Positions 31,211 through 40,911 are shown, numbered from the whole stretch's first letter. The stretch: DNA of 62,294 nt, filler included, from Actinomycetota bacterium (GCA_013152275.1; 5 parts of 5 records of this genome joined end to end with filler, not necessarily neighbours in it), one strand, 5' to 3'. Translations and numbers: made by a program. The notes: a model not told the origin generated them from the letters alone.

Positions 31211-31908
31211 GAGATCGAACTACCGCAAGGGTTGTTGGCGTCCTGTTCATCGTGGCTTCGGTTGCGGCCGTCGTGGGTGGCACGCTCCTCCTGCCATCGG
31301 TGGGCGTGAACTACCTCGTCGAGGCTGCCGACCACGAGATCCAGGTGGTGTCCGGAGCGTCCCTCGAAGTGGTTCAGGCCATGGCAGTCATCGGCATCGC
31401 AGTGATGCTCTTCCCGGTGCTCAAGCGTCGCAATGAAGGGCTGGCTCTCGGCTTCGTTGGTGCGCGGACCGTTGAGGGAGTGCTCACTCTCGCCGGCACC
31501 GTCAGCGCGCTGGCGATCCTCACCTCGAGCCAGAGCTACGGGCAACCAGGAGTCGCCGGTGCTGAACCGCTGGGCGATACGTTGGTTGCGGCTCGCGAAT
31601 GGAGCTACCGGCTTGGGCCGATGCTCATGTTCGGTGTGAGCGCGCTGATCCTCTACACGCTGCTGTACCGGGCGGAGCTCGTTCCCGCCTGGCTGTCGAT
31701 ATGGGGATTCGCCGGAGGTGCACTGCTTCAGGTGCGCACCGTGCTCGAGATGTACGGCCGAGAGTTCTCACCGGCGATGCAGGGACTCTTCGCAGCTCCG
31801 ATAGGCCTCAACGAGATGGTCCTCGCCGTCTGGCTGATCGTCAAGGGATTCAAGGCGACTGCATCGACTGCCGAGCCCGAACGGCAACCGGCTGTGGTCG
31901 GCGGCTGA
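31207..31908 (+). CDS. DUF4386 family membrane protein
   Basis: RTTARVVGVLFI, GIAVMLFPVLK, LVPAWLSIWG, NEMVLAVWLIVKGF. Confidence 0.85.
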   Translation: MRDRTTARVVGVLFIVASVAAVVGGTLLLPSVGVNYLVEAADHEIQVVSGASLEVVQAMAVIGIAVMLFPVLKRRNEGLALGFVGARTVEGVLTLAGTVSALAILTSSQSYGQPGVAGAEPLGDTLVAAREWSYRLGPMLMFGVSALILYTLLYRAELVPAWLSIWGFAGGALLQVRTVLEMYGREFSPAMQGLFAAPIGLNEMVLAVWLIVKGFKATASTAEPERQPAVVGG

Positions 31909-32252
31909 GCAGGAAGACGTCGACGGCGGGGTGACCACGGCCCGGCGAGTCCGCCATGCTTGCGAGGCCGCCGGCCGAAGGCCCTCTTGGACCCGACCTC
32001 GGTGATTCCATGGCGGGCGGGGAGGTCGGCGTGCAGCCGGCGGGTCGCTCATAGCCCGAAGGTCACGGGAGAAGGCCCTGGCCGGAGCGATTGTCGACCG
32101 GGGCCTCTACCGTTGTCGAGGGTTGTCCTGCCGACGGTTCCAAAGGCCGGTTGTGCGGTTCGAGTCCATCGTGTCGGCGAACGAGATCCGTGGTCGCTGT
32201 ACGGCCCACGGGTTACGGGTGAACCGATCGATCCGGCAGGATCGTCCGGTGC

Positions 32253-32930
32253 CTACCGACGGATATCGTCGATCGCGGCGTTGATTGGCGCGACGCCGCG
32301 TCGCCCCATGAGTTTGAACATGGTGTTGAACGAGACGCCGAGCACACGGTTGCGGTAACGCCGGTCCGCGAAGAACGCGTCGATATCCTCGATGCGGCCG
32401 TGGTCTTCGATCATCATGTCCGGATCGAACTGTGAGAACGCGTCGGTGGATCCATCCCACTCGTTGACAGAGTCCACCCGGACCCCGTAGCCGAGCCGGC
32501 GGCCCTCGGCGGCGAGGCGTTCCTGGGCGCCGACCAGCAGAGGCGTGTCGATGATATAGGTATCGACCGATCGCCACACCCCTTCGATCTGCACTTCGAG
32601 ATAGGAGTGTGAGATCTCTCTCGGGATCATCCAGTACCGGCCGGCCGGGATGGCGCCCCGGAGGATGTCCTTGGGGAGTACGACGAAATGCTGGTGCGTC
32701 TCGTACCCCGCGGATCGCAGCACGGCCGCCATGAGGCGGGTTTTGGGGATGCAGTGGCCGACGCCGAAGGCGAGCGTGTATTCGGGGTCGCCGGCGTCGA
32801 ACAGGTCGTTGAATCCGAACTTGACATGTTCTCGGACGTAGTCGTGCAGGGCGACGGCGTTGTCACGTTCGGACGCAGACGGGTCGACGATCTGCTCGAC
32901 GATGCCCTCGACGGTGGATGTGACGGTCAT
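32253..32930 (-). CDS. Transglutaminase-like domain protein
   Basis: Cys-His-Asp triad motifs GVGHCIPK, SHSYLEV, WRSVD; GGAGAGGAG RBS. Confidence 0.85.
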   Translation of the reverse strand: MTVTSTVEGIVEQIVDPSASERDNAVALHDYVREHVKFGFNDLFDAGDPEYTLAFGVGHCIPKTRLMAAVLRSAGYETHQHFVVLPKDILRGAIPAGRYWMIPREISHSYLEVQIEGVWRSVDTYIIDTPLLVGAQERLAAEGRRLGYGVRVDSVNEWDGSTDAFSQFDPDMMIEDHGRIEDIDAFFADRRYRNRVLGVSFNTMFKLMGRRGVAPINAAIDDIRR

Positions 32931-33229
32931 GGTCTCGCTCCTCTCCGCACACGGTGCACAGGAGCCATCTCAGAGGACGAACACGACCCCGGCTGAGGCG
33001 GGACACGGCCTGTGTGTGCATCGTCGTGGGTGCTTCTGCTCCAGACTACGCGTCTGGCCGGCTATGAAGTGCACGTTCCTTTCGGCACCTTCCACACACT
33101 TCGGCTCGGGGATCGAGGTCCGGCGAGGGCAGGAGAAGCCAGGCCCCCTGTCAAGTGGGCGACAGGGTGAGGTACGGCGTAACCCGCTCGTGGTCGTCGA
33201 GCGCCTCCAGCCGGTAGGCTCTGGCGAGA

Positions 33230-35059
33230 ATGAAGTGGGGGATCAGGCTCATATTGGGGCTCGCCTTCGTCGCCGCTGCGTGCCAAGGCTCGTCCACTTC
33301 GTCCACGGCCACCACGATCACCACATCGACGGCCGTGCCTCTCTCCACCACGACCACGAGCACCGCACCGGCGACCACGACCGTGACGACCACCACCACG
33401 ACCGTACATCCAGAGCCGGTCGATCTCATCTTGACCGGTGGCCCGATCGTCACCATGGATCCCGAACTCGGCACCCAGGAGGCCATCGCCATCGATGGCG
33501 ACCATATCGTCGCGGTCGGGACGGCCGACGATATGGTCCGATACGAGGGTCCCGACACGACGGTCGTCGACCTGAAGGGACGTGCCGTCCAGCCCGGCTT
33601 CGTCGATCCCCACACCCACATCCTCACCGACATGGGCGGCATCGAAGCCGGACAATCCCTCGCCCTCGCCAACGGCATCACATCACTCGCCGATGCTTCG
33701 GTCGAGCCTGGCGTCACCGAGGTCTTCATCGAAGCATCACGCGCCGGAAGGCTGCGGGTGCGTACGACCTTGTACCTCATTCGCACCAACGTGTGCGGGG
33801 AGGATCTCGGACGGTGGTACGAGGCATACGAGCCCGGACAGGAGGTCGCGGACCGTGTCCGCATCGGTGGGGTCAAGATCTTCTCCGACGGTGGCGCCTG
33901 CCGGGCCCTCGCCACGAGCGAGCCCATTCTCGAGGGATACGACTCGACCGACCTGTACTTCGACGCGGCGACCCTCGCCGACATGATCGGGGCTGCGGAC
34001 GCCGCCGGCTACCAGGTCATCGTCCACGCGCAGGGCGATGTCGCCATCGCCGCGGTCCAGGATGCCTACGCCGCGGTTCTCGACGGTGGACCCAACGTTC
34101 TCCGCCATCGGATCGACCACAACGCCATCCAGACCGACGCCACGATCCGGCGCTACGGGGAGCTCGGCCTCGTAACGGTGCTGTTCGGCTCGTCGGAGGC
34201 ATGCCGTGCCGAGCTGGCCTGGACCGACTTCTATAAAGAGCACGGAGACCGTCCCGGCGACATCATCGCCGCCAACCCCGGGCTGATCGTTGCATGGCAC
34301 GGTGACGATCCTTGGATGACCCCGATCAGCCCGATCGGCGAGTACTTCAGCCTCGTGACGAGAGGTCGGGTCGACGAGGACGGGACCGTCTGCCCGCCGG
34401 CCGATTGGATGCAGGGCGCCGAGGTCGCACGTGACCAGGCCCTCGAGATGATGACCATCGACGCCGCCTACGCAATCGGACAGGACGACGTCGTCGGGTC
34501 GCTGACCCCCGGGAAGTTCGCCGACCTCGTCATCCTCACCGGCGACCTCCTCACCGTTCCCACCGATTCCATCCCCGACGTCCAGTTCCTGGCGACGATC
34601 ATCGGCGGAGTCACCGAGTACTGCCTCCGCGGCGCGGAGGACGTATGTCCCGGGGTCGAGCCGCAGGCGGGCCCCACGGCGACGGCATCGGCGAGCCGGG
34701 CAGGCAAGGGACCGGAGCTCGTGTTCGACGGCAGTGTCGATGGCGAGTCGTTCTGGTCGTCGGGAGCCGACCCTCCACAGTGGATCATGGTCGATCTCCC
34801 CACCTCCGGCACGGTCACCGAGATCCGCTTCGTGGTCTACCAGAACCCGCCGAGCGACACGGTGCACGAACTCGAAGTCCGGGTCGACGGCGAGTGGAGC
34901 CTCGTGGAGACCTTCCAGGGATTCACGACTACCGGCGACATCCTCACGTGGCGGCCGGCGAGTCCCATGGAGAACGTGTCGGCGTTCCGCATGACGACCA
35001 TCGAGAGCCTGTCGTGGCCGGAGTGGGCAGAGATCGAGGTCGACACCACCGACGGCTGA
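33230..35059 (+). CDS. Lipoprotein amidohydrolase (Amidohydro_3/YtcJ-like) with a C-terminal discoidin-like domain
   Basis: Lipobox AAAC, Thr-rich linker, PGFVDPHTH, VKIFSDG, VHAQGD, GSLTPGKFADLVIL, then ASASR...FDG...FWSSG...PQWIMVDL. Confidence 0.88.
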   Translation: MKWGIRLILGLAFVAAACQGSSTSSTATTITTSTAVPLSTTTTSTAPATTTVTTTTTTVHPEPVDLILTGGPIVTMDPELGTQEAIAIDGDHIVAVGTADDMVRYEGPDTTVVDLKGRAVQPGFVDPHTHILTDMGGIEAGQSLALANGITSLADASVEPGVTEVFIEASRAGRLRVRTTLYLIRTNVCGEDLGRWYEAYEPGQEVADRVRIGGVKIFSDGGACRALATSEPILEGYDSTDLYFDAATLADMIGAADAAGYQVIVHAQGDVAIAAVQDAYAAVLDGGPNVLRHRIDHNAIQTDATIRRYGELGLVTVLFGSSEACRAELAWTDFYKEHGDRPGDIIAANPGLIVAWHGDDPWMTPISPIGEYFSLVTRGRVDEDGTVCPPADWMQGAEVARDQALEMMTIDAAYAIGQDDVVGSLTPGKFADLVILTGDLLTVPTDSIPDVQFLATIIGGVTEYCLRGAEDVCPGVEPQAGPTATASASRAGKGPELVFDGSVDGESFWSSGADPPQWIMVDLPTSGTVTEIRFVVYQNPPSDTVHELEVRVDGEWSLVETFQGFTTTGDILTWRPASPMENVSAFRMTTIESLSWPEWAEIEVDTTDG

Positions 35060-35084
35060 GCCGGCTTCGGCTCGCTCCGACTCC

Positions 35085-35481
35085 TGCAAGGCTCCCGAGC
35101 ATCGATCCGCCGTTCCGACCGGAACTGAGCCGACAACATGGCTGTTTCCAAGCCGGGGAAACTGCCACCAGTGCCGACACCGCCGCCCGATACGCGGCGC
35201 TTTCCCTCCATCCCGGCGGTACCGGCGTGCTCACCACCGAGTTCAAGGTCAATCTGCTCAATCCGGCCAAGGGTGAACAGCGTGTGGAGCGCGGCCGGGT
35301 CATCGAGCCGGGACGGACGCTGACCGTGTACCGGGCCGACGTATACGGGATCGGGGACGGTGGTGGGACGCATGTCGCCACCGCGGTCATGTCGATGATC
35401 TGTCTGGGGGGTCTGCAGGATCGAGAGGAGAACCGGAGCGCGGCGACCGCGACGTGTCGCGGAGCCGTCTCTCCCCGGTAA
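35085..35481 (+). pseudogene. PaaI-family thioesterase remnant
   Basis: RQHGCFQAG...ADTAARYAALSL...VLTTEFKVNLLNPA...GRTLTV; no N-terminus or start; conserved residues altered. Confidence 0.7.
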
Positions 35482-35653
35482 TGCGACCAAGAGCAACGTT
35501 CCCTGCGGACGCGGCGACGGGGCAAGTCCCAAGGTCGCGTTGGCGTCGCAGGGGCGATCGGGGTGACGCAGTGACCGGTCAGGGGACCCATGTGCGGCCG
35601 CCGGCTATCTGCCTCTTGCACGGGCCCGACGTGCGAAGCGAACATACAGACGG

Positions 35654-35682
35654 TTGACGAAAGGCTGCGCTTGACATATGGT
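35654..35682 (+). promoter_or_regulatory. Housekeeping-type promoter for a probably leaderless TA transcript
   Basis: TTGACG-N17-TATGGT, then 6 nt to ATG 35689. Confidence 0.7.
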
Positions 35683-35688
35683 TGCACC

Positions 35689-36120
35689 ATGACAATTACC
35701 GACCTCTCTCCGTCCGATGCCGCCGAGCGGATCCTCGCCGAGGCCGACGAAGTCTGGGCACGTCGCTTCGTCGATGCGTTCGACCGCCGTCTCCGCACCG
35801 AGCCCCTCGAACGTTTCATCGAACTGTGGGACTTGTCACGGTCGGCTGCCGCCCGGATCTTCGGTGTGTCGCGCCAGGCGTTCGCCAAATGGCTGACATC
35901 GGGCCCGCCGGCGAGTCGAGCCGTCTCGATTGCCGACCTGGCCGCGGCGACCGACCTCCTCGACCGTTATGTGAAGCGGGAGCGTATCCCTGCCGTGGTT
36001 CGACGGCAGGCGCCGGCTCTCGGAGGCCGCTCCCTCCTCGAGCTCGCCGAGACCGAGGGAACACGCGAGGTGCTCGAAGCGGTGCGGGCCATGTTCGACC
36101 TGCGTCGCGTCCAACCGTGA
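35689..36120 (+). CDS. Xre/MbcA/ParS-like antitoxin
   Basis: HTH LSRSAAARIFGVSRQAFAKW; C-terminal APALGGRSLLEL; overlaps the RES gene (GTGA). Confidence 0.82.
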   Translation: MTITDLSPSDAAERILAEADEVWARRFVDAFDRRLRTEPLERFIELWDLSRSAAARIFGVSRQAFAKWLTSGPPASRAVSIADLAAATDLLDRYVKRERIPAVVRRQAPALGGRSLLELAETEGTREVLEAVRAMFDLRRVQP

Positions 36121-36650
36121 TCGTGGAACGTCTCCGAGACGGCCATCGCTGGCTTCGAGTTGCCGACGAACATTGGGACGACCCGCTCGATCCCACCTTT
36201 GCCCAGGTCCATGGAGGCCGATGGAACCCGCCGCACTCGTTTCCTGTCCTCTACCTCAACGAGGACATCGATACTGCCCGGGCGCAGATCCGACACCTCC
36301 TGGCCGGCCAGCCGGTCGGTCCCGAGGATCTCGATCCACCGTATGTGCTCGTCACGGCAACACTCCCTCGTTCTCAGCTCGTCGCCGATGCCGTGACCGA
36401 CGAGGGCCTCATCGAACTGGGTGTCCCTGTGACCTATCCGGTGGAGAATGGCATGCCGGTCCCCTGGAAGCGCTGCCGGCCGGTCGGTGTCGAGGTGCAC
36501 GATGCCGGTCTGCGGGGTGTGCACTGTCGTTCGGCGGCGACATCGGATGGATCCGGACGCGAGCTGGCCTGGTTTCCGGCGAGGCCGGCGTCGAGAGCCC
36601 GACCTGTTGGCGACCCGGTTCCGTTCAGGGAGTGGTGGGGGAGCGAGTAG
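36117..36650 (+). CDS. RES-domain toxin
   Basis: WLR, GGRWNPPHSFPVLYL, GVHCRSA, ELAWF. Confidence 0.88.
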   Translation: MIVERLRDGHRWLRVADEHWDDPLDPTFAQVHGGRWNPPHSFPVLYLNEDIDTARAQIRHLLAGQPVGPEDLDPPYVLVTATLPRSQLVADAVTDEGLIELGVPVTYPVENGMPVPWKRCRPVGVEVHDAGLRGVHCRSAATSDGSGRELAWFPARPASRARPVGDPVPFREWWGSE

Positions 36651-36779
36651 CCCACGACGCCATTCCCGACACCGCCCGACCGTCCGGCCCGCGAAGGCCG
36701 CGCTCGTTGCGTACCTGGAAGTGAGATGGGTTCGACGAGGGGCTTCGATACGCTCCTTGCCCCTCCCGGAGCCAGGACC

Positions 36780-37350
36780 TCCTCAGCAACGCGCCAGGGC
36801 ATGGCGGGGCTTTGAGCCTGACGCCGAGACCGTGCCGATCGACCCGAATCTCGGCATGACCACTGCCCGGCGCCTCGACCTGAACTCCTCCTGGCGCCAG
36901 TTGTCGCTACTCGAGGATCTCCCTGTCCAGGTCATCGAGGAACTCGACCTGGTGCCGTTCACCGCGATCGTGTGTCGTTCACGCGACCTCGCGTCGACGA
37001 TCTGCGCACCCGGCCCTCGCACGGCCGCCGGGATCGTCTGACCGTTCCAGGGCACACGGGTGCGACCTTTGGAGAGATCGACGGCACGCTCTGCCGCACG
37101 GGCAGCAGCGGACTCATCGGATGGGCCGGGCCGCCAACCGGCCGTATCGATCTCGCCATCGCCAGGACCGTGTCAAGCGCCCCAGCCCTCTCCCGAGACC
37201 CGCGAAGCCGGCTCGATGCCGAGCATGAGGTCCTCTCCGACATCGACAAGGGGACGCTCCGTATCATCGGCGTCGAACAAGCTGAAGCTCTCGCCGACCA
37301 ATTCGGTGGCGAGATTCCCCGGGTCTCGAAGACGGCGAAGGGCATGAACC
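36780..37350 (+). pseudogene. Probable degraded gene of unknown family
   Basis: Coding-like GC3-rich stretches in two frames (LLEDLPVQVIEELDLVPF; HEVLSDIDKGTLRIIGVEQAEALADQFGGEIP) without a coherent start or stop. Confidence 0.3.
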
Positions 37351-37529
37351 CGGTACCTGACCTTGGCAACTCGGGCCCGGGTCGAAGGGCAGGCCGGCGA
37401 AGGACGCGGTCGCAGTTTGCGATGTCAGCGACTCGCCTCGTCGGATTCGGAGATGGGTGTCGTCGAGTGAGGTCTGAGCCGAGGCTCTCAGTCCTCAACC
37501 GGAGACGCATGTCAGCCGATGCTGAAGGC

Positions 37530-37877
37530 ATGAAGCTCAAGTGTGTTGTCTTACTGTTGGCCATGGTGATGGCCGCTTGCTCGACAACAACGTCCACTCC
37601 GACGACCTTCGGAGTCGACGGTGCGCCACAACTGCTCAAGAACACCTTCCTGAGCGTGACTCGCCAGGCTGCCACTTTGGCCGGTTACGACGCGACGAAC
37701 GACCAATGGATGGAGTTCGCACGCGAGGTGTGCAGCTCCGGTTTCGACAGCTCGAAAGACCTGGCGGACTTCGCAGATGAGAAGGCCGGTGCCAAAGCCA
37801 ACCAGGACATCCGGCAGATGTGGTCGACGGCTGCCAAGGCGGCCACGAGCGCGTTCTGTCCCATCGGGGGAGTGTGA
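37530..37877 (+). CDS. Putative lipoprotein (DUF732-like Cys pair)
   Basis: Lipobox MAAC; AREVC...AATSAFCP. Confidence 0.75.
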   Translation: MKLKCVVLLLAMVMAACSTTTSTPTTFGVDGAPQLLKNTFLSVTRQAATLAGYDATNDQWMEFAREVCSSGFDSSKDLADFADEKAGAKANQDIRQMWSTAAKAATSAFCPIGGV

Positions 37878-37952
37878 GGCATGCGCGTCCCGTCGAGAGC
37901 CGAACCGTGGAAACGGTTGCGGTGCGACCATAAGCGATCGGCTCGAGGGAGG

Positions 37953-39533
37953 TCAGGTCCCGGGAAGGCTGGACTCCCGCCGTCGCAGTAGCCCGACGAG
38001 CAGGCCCTCGGTGAGCGCATCCCACGAGGCTTCGATGACGTTCTCGTGTACGCCGATCGTTCCCCAGGTATCGTCTCCGTCGGATGTTTCGAGGAGTACT
38101 CGCACCATCGCTTCGGTTCCATAGGAGGAATCGAGCACTCGCACCCGATAGTCGGTCAGCCGGAGCCGGTCCAGGTCCGGATAGGCGGTTCTCAGTGCAG
38201 CCCGGAGCGCCTGATCCAATGCATGCACCGGACCCACCCCCTCTCCGGTGGTGACGACCCGCCGGCCGTCGACCACGACTTTCACGGTGGCCTCGGCGAC
38301 GATCTCCTCGTCGGCCCGCCGATCGATGAACACGCGGAAGGATTCCAGCTCGAAGAAGCCCTGTTTCCACCCGAGCGCCCTGCGCATGAGCAGTTCGAAG
38401 GATCCGTCGGCCGCTTCGAAGTAATAGCCCTTGTGTTCGAGGTCCTTGACTTGTTCGAGGATGTGTGCGGCCGTTTCGGCGTCGACCTCGAGACCAAGAT
38501 TCCTGGCCTCGGTGAGGACGCTCGCCCGGCCGGCCAGCTCCGAAACGACCATGCGGGTGCGGTTCCCGACCCGGGACGGGTCCTCGTGCTCGTACGCGTC
38601 GGACCGGCGGGCCAGGGCCGACGTGTGGAGCCCGGCTTTATGCGTGAAGGCGGAAGTCCCGATGTAGGGATGGTGGGGATCGAGGGAGATGTTGACGATT
38701 TCGGCAATGTGATGCGCTACGGGGCCGAGGAGTTCCAGCCTCCCTTCGGGAAGCACCGAGAGGCCCATCTTGAGGGCGAGGTCGGGGATGAGCGTCGAGA
38801 GGTCGGCATTGCCGGTCCGTTCCCCGTAACCGTTGATGCAACCTTGGACCTGTCGGACACCGGCATCGACCGCCATCAGGGAACTGGCCACGGCGCATCC
38901 GATGTCATCGTGGAAGTGGACGCCCAGCGGGCTCTCTGGGAGAGCCTCCTGTATCCGGTCGATCGTGCGCAAGACCGCAGAGGGGAGGGTCCCACCGTTG
39001 GTGTCACACAGCACCAACCGTTCTGCCCCGGCTGCTGCGGCCGCCTGCAGCACCCGGAGCGAGAACTCCGGATTGGCCCGGAAACCGTCGAAGAAATGTT
39101 CCGCATCGAAGAACACCCGCCGGTCATGATTGCGCAGGTACTCGATCGACTCGGTGACCATGCGTACGCCCTCGTCGAGATCGGTTCGGAGTACTTCACG
39201 CACGTGGTAATCCGACGACTTGCCGACGATGCAGATGACCTCGGTTTCGGCGGCGAGCAGCGCCTGTAGCTGAGGATCGTCGGCTACGGTGCCCCGTGAT
39301 CGCCGGGTCGACCCGAAGGCCACCAGCGTCGCCGTTGCGAAATCCAGCTCGTTCCGTGCCCGGCGGAAGAACTCGTCGTCTTTGGGGTTGGCGCCCGGCC
39401 ACCCACCCTCCACGTAGTCGACTCCCAACTCGTCGAGCAAGGAGGCGATCCGCAGTTTGTCGCCGACGGTCAGCGAGATGCCTTCCTGCTGAGAGCCGTC
39501 TCGCAGTGTCGTGTCATAGATCTCGGTCTTCAT
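37953..39533 (-). CDS. cimA: Citramalate synthase
   Basis: YDTTLRDGSQQEG, EGGWPGANPKD, FDAEHFFDG, GYGERTGNADL, HKAGLH, FEAADGSFEL. Confidence 0.95.
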   Translation of the reverse strand: MKTEIYDTTLRDGSQQEGISLTVGDKLRIASLLDELGVDYVEGGWPGANPKDDEFFRRARNELDFATATLVAFGSTRRSRGTVADDPQLQALLAAETEVICIVGKSSDYHVREVLRTDLDEGVRMVTESIEYLRNHDRRVFFDAEHFFDGFRANPEFSLRVLQAAAAAGAERLVLCDTNGGTLPSAVLRTIDRIQEALPESPLGVHFHDDIGCAVASSLMAVDAGVRQVQGCINGYGERTGNADLSTLIPDLALKMGLSVLPEGRLELLGPVAHHIAEIVNISLDPHHPYIGTSAFTHKAGLHTSALARRSDAYEHEDPSRVGNRTRMVVSELAGRASVLTEARNLGLEVDAETAAHILEQVKDLEHKGYYFEAADGSFELLMRRALGWKQGFFELESFRVFIDRRADEEIVAEATVKVVVDGRRVVTTGEGVGPVHALDQALRAALRTAYPDLDRLRLTDYRVRVLDSSYGTEAMVRVLLETSDGDDTWGTIGVHENVIEASWDALTEGLLVGLLRRRESSLPGT

Positions 39534-39551
39534 GGTGAACTCCTGGGCATC

Positions 39552-39578
39552 AGAAAACCCTCCGCCGGGCGAAGGGTT
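39552..39578 (-). terminator. Attenuator terminator upstream of cimA
   Basis: mRNA AACCCUUCGC-CCG-GCGGAGGGUU followed by UUCU, about 20 nt before the cimA start. Confidence 0.8.
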
Positions 39579-39603
39579 GGGCGCACACGATCAGTCGTAT
39601 GCG

Positions 39604-39639
39604 CTAATCGATAATGATGGTGTTGGTCGGCTGGAACAT
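39604..39639 (-). CDS. cimA leader peptide MFQPTNTIIID
   Basis: Three tandem Ile codons (ATC ATT ATC) between the promoter and terminator of an Ile-pathway gene. Confidence 0.8.
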   Translation of the reverse strand: MFQPTNTIIID

Positions 39640-39648
39640 CTGGTGGGC

Positions 39649-39677
39649 AGTATGGCGGATCGGATCCGGGCCGTCAA
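39649..39677 (-). promoter_or_regulatory. cimA promoter
   Basis: TTGACG-N17-CATACT, 9 nt before the leader ATG. Confidence 0.75.
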
Positions 39678-39723
39678 CAGTCACGGAGATCCTCGGCCCT
39701 CGTTCAAAGGCGTGGAGATCGGC

Positions 39724-39950
39724 TCACGGCTCGAGGACGGCTCGGGAGTCGTAGGCGCCGGCCGCAGTGCGCCTGGTCACGATCCGGATCTTCGTCACCT
39801 CCACGGACGGCTTCGGTGTTCTCGCCACGATTCCCCTCCAGGTCGAATCCCAACATTGACCTGTCTCAAGAATGTCGACACATCGCACGGACGTCATGCC
39901 GCCAGAACGATCGCTGTGGAAGGGTGTCGGCGATCTCCCCGGAATGAACA
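39724..39950 (-). mobile_element. Degenerate IS end with a transposase N-terminal remnant
   Basis: 39931-39952 is the exact reverse complement of 55468-55489 (IS481 left end), followed by GGAGG and VARTPKPSVEVTKIRIV. Confidence 0.6.
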
Positions 39951-40167
39951 TCCTCGGAATGGAAAACGACCTTCATCGACTCGATTGACATGCTCTTGAG
40001 ATGTTCCCAGAGAGCTCGGCAGCCAGGGCGGCCAACCTGAAGCTCGAAGGTCGCCCTGCATGCAGCCTCGGCGAACTTTTCTTCGCCTGCCGTCTTCGCC
40101 ACGACAACCTGGTCCACCAGTCGACAAGCGCCACCGCGCCCGCTCCCCACCCGATCAACCTCCGCCG

Positions 40168-40911
40168 TCAGCGAGTCCGGTAGTGGATTCGAAGCTTCCA
40201 CTTGATTGAACTGATGTCGTTGGCAAGCAGGTACTCGATGGCCCTCTGTCCGTAGATGAATCCATACGTCGCTACCGCTTCTTGGACCGACTCATACTCG
40301 GCAACGACGTCGACATCGTCGTAGTGAAAGCCCAGGATCTGCGTCATCAGAGTATTGATACGGTCTGACTCGTCGGGACCGTCTATTGGCGGCCAGACGA
40401 CCTCCGTGAGTTCGCCGGCACCCCAGTGTGGAGCGCTGCCCACGACAAGGATGTGTCCGCCTGGTTTCACCGTCCCGAGCGCGTCGGCCACGAATCGCTC
40501 GGCCAGCTCCTGACCCTCCTGTCCTGCATCCACGAACCAAAAGGGGAATCCAAAGATGCTCACGATGGCGTCGATCGAGTCGGGCCGAAGAGGCAGGGCC
40601 TCTGCGATGCCATCGACAAACGCGACGTTGCGTAGTCCGTACGACCGAACTTTCCCGATGGCAACATCCCGCATGGGCTTCCAGGGTTCCAGGCCAACCA
40701 CGAATCGCGCGTGCCTGGCCAACTCGAAAGTGGAGCATCCCGTTCCGGACCCTACGTCGGCCAACACCTTGTTCCGCAGATCGAACCGCTCGTCCAAGGC
40801 AGCGACGGCCGGAAGTGTTGTGCGAGCGAAACGGTCATAGACGTCTGGGTATTCCAGGTAGAGACGATCCCAGTCGCCTTCAAGAGACGGAAAGTCGCGG
40901 TTCTCGCACAT
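40168..40911 (-). CDS. Class I SAM-dependent methyltransferase
   Basis: VLADVGSGTG, GIAEALPLRPDSIDAI, VKPGG. Confidence 0.92.
   Translation of the reverse strand: MCENRDFPSLEGDWDRLYLEYPDVYDRFARTTLPAVAALDERFDLRNKVLADVGSGTGCSTFELARHARFVVGLEPWKPMRDVAIGKVRSYGLRNVAFVDGIAEALPLRPDSIDAIVSIFGFPFWFVDAGQEGQELAERFVADALGTVKPGGHILVVGSAPHWGAGELTEVVWPPIDGPDESDRINTLMTQILGFHYDDVDVVAEYESVQEAVATYGFIYGQRAIEYLLANDISSIKWKLRIHYRTR

Noticed and set aside
32960..33000. TPP riboswitch (GGGG...CUGAGA on the minus strand)
   Set aside because: Lacks the downstream CCC...ACCUGA...AAU...GCG core; kept only as an unexplained hairpin.
35496..35556. Imperfect inverted repeat upstream of the TA promoter as a riboswitch
   Set aside because: No recognisable aptamer consensus, and it lies upstream of the predicted TSS.
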